From Nemertoderma westbladi (taxonomy: Eukaryota; Animalia; Xenacoelomorpha): 44,394 nt of DNA. The stretch spans positions 1 to 44,394 of the forward strand of contig JAUCBJ010006304.1 in NCBI GenBank assembly GCA_032718475.1. The letters are read 5' to 3'. Position 1 is the stretch's first letter. Each line of letters starts with the position of its first letter. The position numbers and the translations under genes were made by a program. This document shows positions 37,461 to 44,394 of the stretch, piece by piece. Below the pieces are notes generated by a model. That model had not been told where the DNA came from. It did not search any database and saw nothing but the letters and a program-made list of their open reading frames with translations.

Positions 37461-40400
37461 TCAACACCGGAGGTGGTCCACATAAGCCAGTCCGGATTAA
37501 CTCAACACCGGAGGTGGTCCATAGAAGCCAGCCCGGAGTAACTCAACACCGGAGGTGGTCCATAGAAGCCAATCCGGATTAACTCAACACCGGAGGTGGT
37601 CCATAGAGGCCAGTCCGGATTAACTCAACACCGGAGGTAGTCCATAGAAGCCAGTCCGGATTAACTCAACACCGGAGGTGGTCCATAGAAGCCAGTCCGG
37701 ATTAACTCAACACCGGAGGTGGTCCATAGAAGTCAGCCCGGATTAACTCAACACCATAGGTGGTCCATAGAAGCCAGCCCGGATTAACTCAATACCGGAG
37801 GTGGTCCATAGAAGCCAGCCCGGATTAACTCAACACCGGAGGTGGTCCACATAAGCCAGTCCGGATTAACTCAACACCATAGGTGGTCCATAGAAGTCAG
37901 CCCGGATTAACTCAACACCGGAGGTGGTCCATAGAAGCCAGTCCGGATTAACTCAACACCGGAGGTGGTCCATAGAAGTCAGCCCGGATTAACTCAACAC
38001 CATAGGTGGTCCATAGAAGTCAGCCCGGATTAACTCAACACCATAGGTGGTCCATAGAAGCCAGCCCGGATTAACTCAACACCGGAGGTGGTCCACATAA
38101 GCCAGTCCGGATTAACTCAACACCGGAGGTGGTCCATAGAAGTCAGCCCGGAGTAACTCAACACCGGAGGTGGTCCATAGAAGCCAATCCGGATTAACTC
38201 AACACCGGAGGTGGTCCATAGAGGCCAGTCCGGATTAACTCAACACCGGAGGTGGTCCATAGAAGCCAGTCCGGATTAACTCAACACCGGAGGTGGTCCA
38301 TAGAAGCCAGTCCGGATTAACTCAACACCGGAGGTGGTCCATAGAAGTCAGCCCGGATTAACTCAACACCATAGGTGGTTCATAGAAGCCAGCCCGGATT
38401 AACTCAATACCGGAGGTGGTCCATAGAAGCCAGTCCGGATTAACTCAACACCGGAGGTGGTCCATAGAGGCCAGTCCGGATTAACTCAACACCGGAGGTG
38501 GTCCATAGAAGCCAGTCCGGATTAACTCAACACCGGAGGTGGTCCATAGAAGCCAGCCCGGATTAACTCAATACCGGAGGTGGTCCATAGAAGCCAGCCC
38601 GGATTAACTCAATACCGGAGGTGGTCCATAGAAGCCAGCCCGGATTAACTCAATACCGGAGGTGGTCCATAGAAGCCAGCCCGGATTAACTCAACACCGG
38701 AGGTGGTCCATAGAAGCCAGCCTGGATTAACTCAACACCGGAGGTGGTCCATAGAAGTCAGCCCGGATTAACTCAACACCGGAGGTGGTCCATAGAAGCC
38801 AGTCCGGATTAACTCAACACTGGAGGTGGTCCATAGAAGCCAGTCCGGATTAACTCAACACCGGAGGTGGTCCATAGAAGCCAGCCCGGATTAACTCAAC
38901 ACCGGAGGTGGTCCATAGAAGCCAGCCCGGATTAACTCAACACCGCAGGTGGTCCATAGAAGCCAGCCCGGATTAACTCAACACCGGAGGTGGTCCATAG
39001 AGGCCAGTCCGGATTAACTCAACACCGGAGGTGGTCCATAGAAGCCAGCCCGGATTAACTCAATACCGGAGGTGGTCCATAGAAGCCAGCCCGGATTAAC
39101 TCAACACCGGAGGTGGTCCATACAAGCCAGTCCGGATTAACTCAACACCGGAGGTGGTCCATAGAAGCCAGCCCGGATTAACTCAACACCGGAGGTGGTC
39201 CATAGAAGCCAGTCCGGATTAACTCAACACCGGAGGTGGTCCATAGAAGTCAGCCCGGATTAACTCAATACCGGAGGTGGTCCATAGAATCCAGCCCGGA
39301 TTAACTCAACACCGGAGGTGGTCCATAGAAGCCAGTCCGGATTAACTCAACACCGGAGGTGGTCCATAGAGGCCAGTCCGGATTAACTCAACACCGGAGG
39401 TGGTCCATAGAGGCCAGTCCGGATTAACTCAACACCGGAGGTGGTCCATAGAGGCCAGTCCGGATTAACTCAACACCGGAGGTGGTCCATAGAAGCCAGT
39501 CCGGATTAACTCAACACCGGAGGTGGTCCATAGAAGCCAGCCCGGATTAACTCAACACCGGAGGTGGTCCACATAAGCCAGTCCGGATTAACTCAACACC
39601 GGAGGTGGTCCATAGAAGTCAGCCCGGAGTAACTCAACACCGGAGGTGGTCCATAGAAGCCAATCCGGATTAACTCAACACCGGAGGTGGTCCATAGAGG
39701 CCAGTCCGGATTAACTCAACACCGGAGGTGGTCCATAGAAGCCAGTCCGGATTAACTCAACACCGGAGGTGGTCCATAGAAGCCAGTCCGGATTAACTCA
39801 ACACCGGAGGTGGTCCATAGAAGTCAGCCCGGATTAACTCAACACCATAGGTGGTTCATAGAAGCCAGCCCGGATTAACTCAATACCGGAGGTGGTCCAT
39901 AGAAGCCAGTCCGGATTAACTCAACACCGGAGGTGGTCCATAGAGGCCAGTCCGGATTAACTCAACACCGGAGGTGGTCCATAGAAGCCAGTCCGGATTA
40001 ACTCAACACCGGAGGTGGTCCATAGAAGCCAGCCCGGATTAACTCAATACCGGAGGTGGTCCATAGAAGCCAGCCCGGATTAACTCAATACCGGAGGTGG
40101 TCCATAGAAGCCAGCCCGGATTAACTCAATACCGGAGGTGGTCCATAGAAGCCAGCCCGGATTAACTCAACACCGGAGGTGGTCCATAGAAGCCAGCCTG
40201 GATTAACTCAACACCGGAGGTGGTCCATAGAAGTCAGCCCGGATTAACTCAACACCGGAGGTGGTCCATAGAAGCCAGTCCGGATTAACTCAACACTGGA
40301 GGTGGTCCATAGAAGCCAGTCCGGATTAACTCAACACCGGAGGTGGTCCATAGAAGCCAGCCCGGATTAACTCAACACCGGAGGTGGTCCATAGAAGCCA

Positions 40401-42912
40401 GCCCGGATTAACTCAACACCGCAGGTGGTCCATAGAAGCCAGCCCGGATTAACTCAACACCGGAGGTGGTCCATAGAGGCCAGTCCGGATTAACTCAACA
40501 CCGGAGGTGGTCCATAGAAGCCAGCCCGGATTAACTCAATACCGGAGGTGGTCCATAGAAGCCAGCCCGGATTAACTCAACACCGGAGGTGGTCCATACA
40601 AGCCAGTCCGGATTAACTCAACACCGGAGGTGGTCCATAGAAGCCAGCCCGGATTAACTCAACACCGGAGGTGGTCCATAGAAGCCAGTCCGGATTAACT
40701 CAACACCGGAGGTGGTCCATAGAAGTCAGCCCGGATTAACTCAATACCGGAGGTGGTCCATAGAAGCCAGCCCGGATTAACTCAACACCGGAGGTGGTCC
40801 ATAGAAGCCAGTCCGGATTAACTCAACACCGGAGGTGGTCCATAGAGGCCAGTCCGGATTAACTCAACACCGGAGGTGGTCCATAGAGGCCAGTCCGGAT
40901 TAACTCAACACCGGAGGTGGTCCATAGAGGCCAGTCCGGATTAACTCAACACCGGAGGTGGTCCATAGAGGCCAGTCCGGATTAACTCAACACCGGAGGT
41001 GGTCCATAGAAGCCAGCCCGGATTAACTCAACACCGGAGGTGGTCCACATAAGCCAGTCCGGATTAACTCAACACCGGAGGTGGTCCATAGAAGTCAGCC
41101 CGGAGTAACTCAACACCGGAGGTGGTCCATAGAAGCCAGTCCGGATTAACTCAACACCGGAGGTGGTCCATAGAGGCCAGTCCGGATTAACTCAACACCG
41201 GAGGTGGTCCATAGAAGCCAGTCCGGATTAACTCAACACCGGAGGTGGTCCATAGAAGCCAGTCCGGATTAACTCAACACCGGAGGTGGTCCATAGAAGC
41301 CAGCCCGGATTAACTCAACACCGGAGGTGGTCCACATAAGCCAGTCCGGATTAACTCAACACCGGAGGTGGTCCATAGAAGTCAGCCCGGAGTAACTCAA
41401 CACCGGAGGTGGTCCATAGAAGCCAATCCGGATTAACTCAACACCGGAGGTGGTCCATAGAGGCCAGTCCGGATTAACTCAACACCGGAGGTGGTCCATA
41501 GAAGCCAGTCCGGATTAACTCAACACCGGAGGTGGTCCATAGAAGCCAGTCCGGATTAACTCAACACCGGAGGTGGTCCATAGAAGTCAGCCCGGATTAA
41601 CTCAACACCATAGGTGGTTCATAGAAGCCAGCCCGGATTAACTCAATACCGGAGGTGGTCCATAGAAGCCAGTCCGGATTAACTCAACACCGGAGGTGGT
41701 CCATAGAGGCCAGTCCGGATTAACTCAACACCGGAGGTGGTCCATAGAAGCCAGTCCGGATTAACTCAACACCGGAGGTGGTCCATAGAAGCCAGCCCGG
41801 ATTAACTCAATACCGGAGGTGGTCCATAGAAGCCAGCCCGGATTAACTCAACACCGGAGGTGGTCCATAGAAGCCAGCCCGGATTAACTCAACACCGGAG
41901 GTGGTCCATAGAAGCCAGCCCGGATTAACTCAACACCGGAGGTGGTCCATAGAAGCCAGCCCGGATTAACTCAACACCGGAGGTGGTCCATAGAAGCCAG
42001 CCCGGATTAACTCAACACCGGAGGTGGTCCATAGAAGCCAGTCCGGATTAACTCAACACCGGAGGTGGTCCATAGAAGCCAGTCCGGATTAACTCAACAC
42101 CGGAGGTGGTCCATAGAAGCCAGCCCGGATTAACTCAACACCGGAGGTGGTCCATAGAAGCCAGCCCGGATTAACTCAACACCGCAGGTGGTCCATAGAA
42201 GCCAGCCCGGATTAACTCAACACCGGAGGTGGTCCATAGAGGCCAGTCCGGATTAACTCAACACCGGAGGTGGTCCATAGAAGCCAGCCCGGATTAACTC
42301 AATACCGGAGGTGGTCCATAGAAGCCAGCCCGGATTAACTCAACACCGGAGGTGGTCCATACAAGCCAGTCCGGATTAACTCAACACCGGAGGTGGTCCA
42401 TAGAAGCCAGCCCGGATTAACTCAACACCGGAGGTGGTCCATAGAAGCCAGTCCGGATTAACTCAACACCGGAGGTGGTCCATAGAAGTCAGCCCGGATT
42501 AACTCAATACCGGAGGTGGTCCATAGAAGCCAGCCCGGATTAACTCAACACCGGAGGTGGTCCATAGAAGCCAGTCCGGATTAACTCAACACCGGAGGTG
42601 GTCCATAGAGGCCAGTCCGGATTAACTCAACACCGGAGGTGGTCCATAGAGGCCAGTCCGGATTAACTCAACACCGGAGGTGGTCCATAGAGGCCAGTCC
42701 GGATTAACTCAACACCGGAGGTGGTCCATAGAAGCCAGTCCGGATTAACTCAACACCGGAGGTGGTCCATAGAAGCCAGCCCGGATTAACTCAACACCGG
42801 AAGTGGTCCATAGAAGTCAGCCCGGATTAACTCAACACCGGAGGTGGTCCATAGAAGCCAGTCCGGATTAACTCAACACCGGAGGTGGTCCATAGAAGCG
42901 GGACGGATTAAC
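37461..42912 (+). repeat. 41-bp satellite array, ~133 copies; consensus AACTCAACACCGGAGGTGGTCCATAGAAGCCAG(T/C)CCGGATT
   Basis: Tandem repeat seen directly. The unit is not a multiple of 3 and has stop codons on both strands, so it is non-coding. Shared variants define a 1476-bp higher-order repeat. Confidence 0.98.
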
Positions 42913-43134
42913 AAGTTAAGTGCGGATTCGAAAATAAACCGAGATACAATATCTACTGCATAGCTAAACTGTGTAGCTAATAGTACCTAGCTTTAATTGT
43001 TACTATGGTTACATATATTGTGCGACGAACTTGGTTGCTTTTAAAATGGAATTAAATGTTTAAATTTTTACTAATTAACCCAAGAGTATCCTAAACCAGG
43101 AGTTGATGTGGGGCGTGTTATTGAGTTTGATTAA

Positions 43135-43491
43135 TCAGTATTCTTCACGACCGAATCCATCATCGTCGTTCATTTCGATACCAACTTCCTGGTACTGCTG
43201 ATACTCCGAGAGAAGGTCGTGTAGATTGCTCTCGGCCTCGGTAAACTCCATCTCGTCCATCCCCTCCCCGGTGTACCAATGGAGGAATGCCTTACGACGG
43301 AACATCGCAGAGAACTGCTCGTTGATTCGTTTGAAGAGTTGCTGCATGCTTGTTGTGTTCCCTATGAATGTGGAGGACATCTTTAGACCCCGAGGGGGGA
43401 TATCGCAAACTGCAGTCTTCACATTGTTAGGAATCCATTCAACAAAGTAGGGGCTGTTCTTTATTTGAATGTTTAACATTTGATCATCCAC
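43135..43491 (-). CDS. TUBB: Last coding exon of a divergent beta-tubulin
   Basis: [39 protein letters not shown]…[26 protein letters not shown]…SEYQQYQ is the beta-tubulin C-terminus. It is preceded by acceptor TTTTATTAG|GTG (AG at 43493-43492, phase 0) and ends at TGA 43137-43135. A possible ATTAAA polyA signal lies on the minus strand at 42992-42997. Confidence 0.95.
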   Translation of the reverse strand: MDDQMLNIQIKNSPYFVEWIPNNVKTAVCDIPPRGLKMSSTFIGNTTSMQQLFKRINEQFSAMFRRKAFLHWYTGEGMDEMEFTEAESNLHDLLSEYQQYQEVGIEMNDDDGFGREEY

Positions 43492-43762
43492 CTAATAAAA
43501 CGTATGTTTAATGTTAGAAATCCATAAAGTTACTGTACTGTATTGAAATTGAAAACAATATATTGAATGGTTTGAGTTAAATGATCTGTCTGTCATATTC
43601 ATTCAAATTATCTATAGTCAGGTAGACAGAGGGGTCCACCGTGACTTTGGGTCATCACGCATTTTTATTTGCTTAAACTTTAGTCGGACCTTAGAGTAAT
43701 CAAAATCCGTCGGGTGCCACTTCGGCACCTTTGGGGAACTTTTTATAAAGCCCTTAACCTAA

Positions 43763-43883
43763 GTTTCCATAGCAACCGGCACACAAGGTTTTATTTTGAG
43801 ATATCTGCGACCTTGCACCTATTGCCACAGCTCTTGTTAATTATTCTGAATAAGATTTCTAGAAGATTAGTTCCCATAGCAAC
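43763..43883. promoter_or_regulatory. Two RFX X-box-like sites in the tubulin intron
   Basis: GTTTCCATAGCAAC (43763-43776) and GTTCCCATAGCAAC (43870-43883) resemble the RFX X-box consensus. They may simply belong to an interspersed repeat. Confidence 0.35.
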
Positions 43884-43929
43884 ATTATTAATCATAAATT
43901 TTGGCCTTTGGGATGTTTATTAAGATATG

Positions 43930-44045
43930 TGAACTATTATTATATACTATATAATAACCATATAACTATATACTATAAATATACTATGTAACTATATACT
44001 ATATACTATATATTACTATATTTGTTATTTATATAACTATTTATA
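43930..44045. repeat. AT-rich low-complexity tract, degenerate (ACTATAT)n
   Basis: Repeated ACTATA(T) motifs seen directly. Confidence 0.75.
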
Positions 44046-44067
44046 GAAGCAAACAATTAACATCATT

Positions 44068-44091
44068 GGGGGGGGGGGGGGGGGGGGGGGG
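44068..44091 (+). repeat. Poly-G homopolymer (24 nt)
   Basis: Seen directly. Confidence 0.95.
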
Positions 44092-44394
44092 TTATTAATC
44101 ACATTTAGTTTTCATTTAATTATATGAGTTTGTTTTCTCCTTTCAAATGGAAATTTTGACGTTTACAACGTTTGCAGAAAATAGGTACAGTAGATTCAAT
44201 GTGCCATCATTCTTTACTGCGTAGGCCTACCTATCTGGGTATCTATCCCAAATATTCTCCATTACTGGTATTACGAAAGTTAATCAATCAGCTAGAAGAG
44301 TTGTATGTTTATTAAATTATTTATTTAAACGGAACATTGCTTTAAACATTGTATTTATTTTTACACTTTGAAGTGGTGCAGGTGCATATTGTAG

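Larger units (their letters stand above)
43492..44394 (-). other. Intron of the beta-tubulin gene (upstream exons lie outside the window)
   Basis: Tubulin homology stops exactly at a canonical acceptor, and no further tubulin-coding sequence is recognisable before the window end. Confidence 0.8.

Noticed and set aside
37461-42912. 41-bp array as CRISPR repeats or a coding repeat
   Set aside because: There are no spacers, the period is not a multiple of 3 and there are stop codons on both strands.
43226-43923. ORFs 43226-43450 and 43714-43923
   Set aside because: The first is antisense to the tubulin exon. The second is a short GTG-start frame in intronic DNA with no recognisable product.

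Overview
Eukaryotic (metazoan-like) genomic DNA, about 85% tandem repeat. The dominant feature is a ~32.5-kb array (883-33383) of ~600 copies of a 54-bp unit encoding the non-LTR reverse-transcriptase motif LPQGGVLSPLLFLLYIND. The array still sits in frame inside its parent CR1/L2-type LINE remnant (…IVLG | array | LPNATSLLFTLFADH…INSEL…LSLN…TKFLGI) and is bounded by a 5-bp CTCCC microhomology, so a satellite's birth site appears to be preserved. The giant ORFs in the track are artefacts of the stop-free 54-bp unit. The window also holds two RTE-type LINE remnants, one with a twin-priming-like 5' inversion, and a short degenerate direct/inverted repeat cluster. On the minus strand there is a candidate first coding exon with an RFX/CCAAT/YY1-like promoter cluster upstream. 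A second 41-bp satellite (~133 copies, 36-mer higher-order repeat) follows, and then the last exon of a divergent beta-tubulin whose tail ends in the alpha-tubulin-like EEY. No prokaryotic systems, CRISPR arrays or RNA genes are supportable. All family assignments come from motif recognition; no database search was run.
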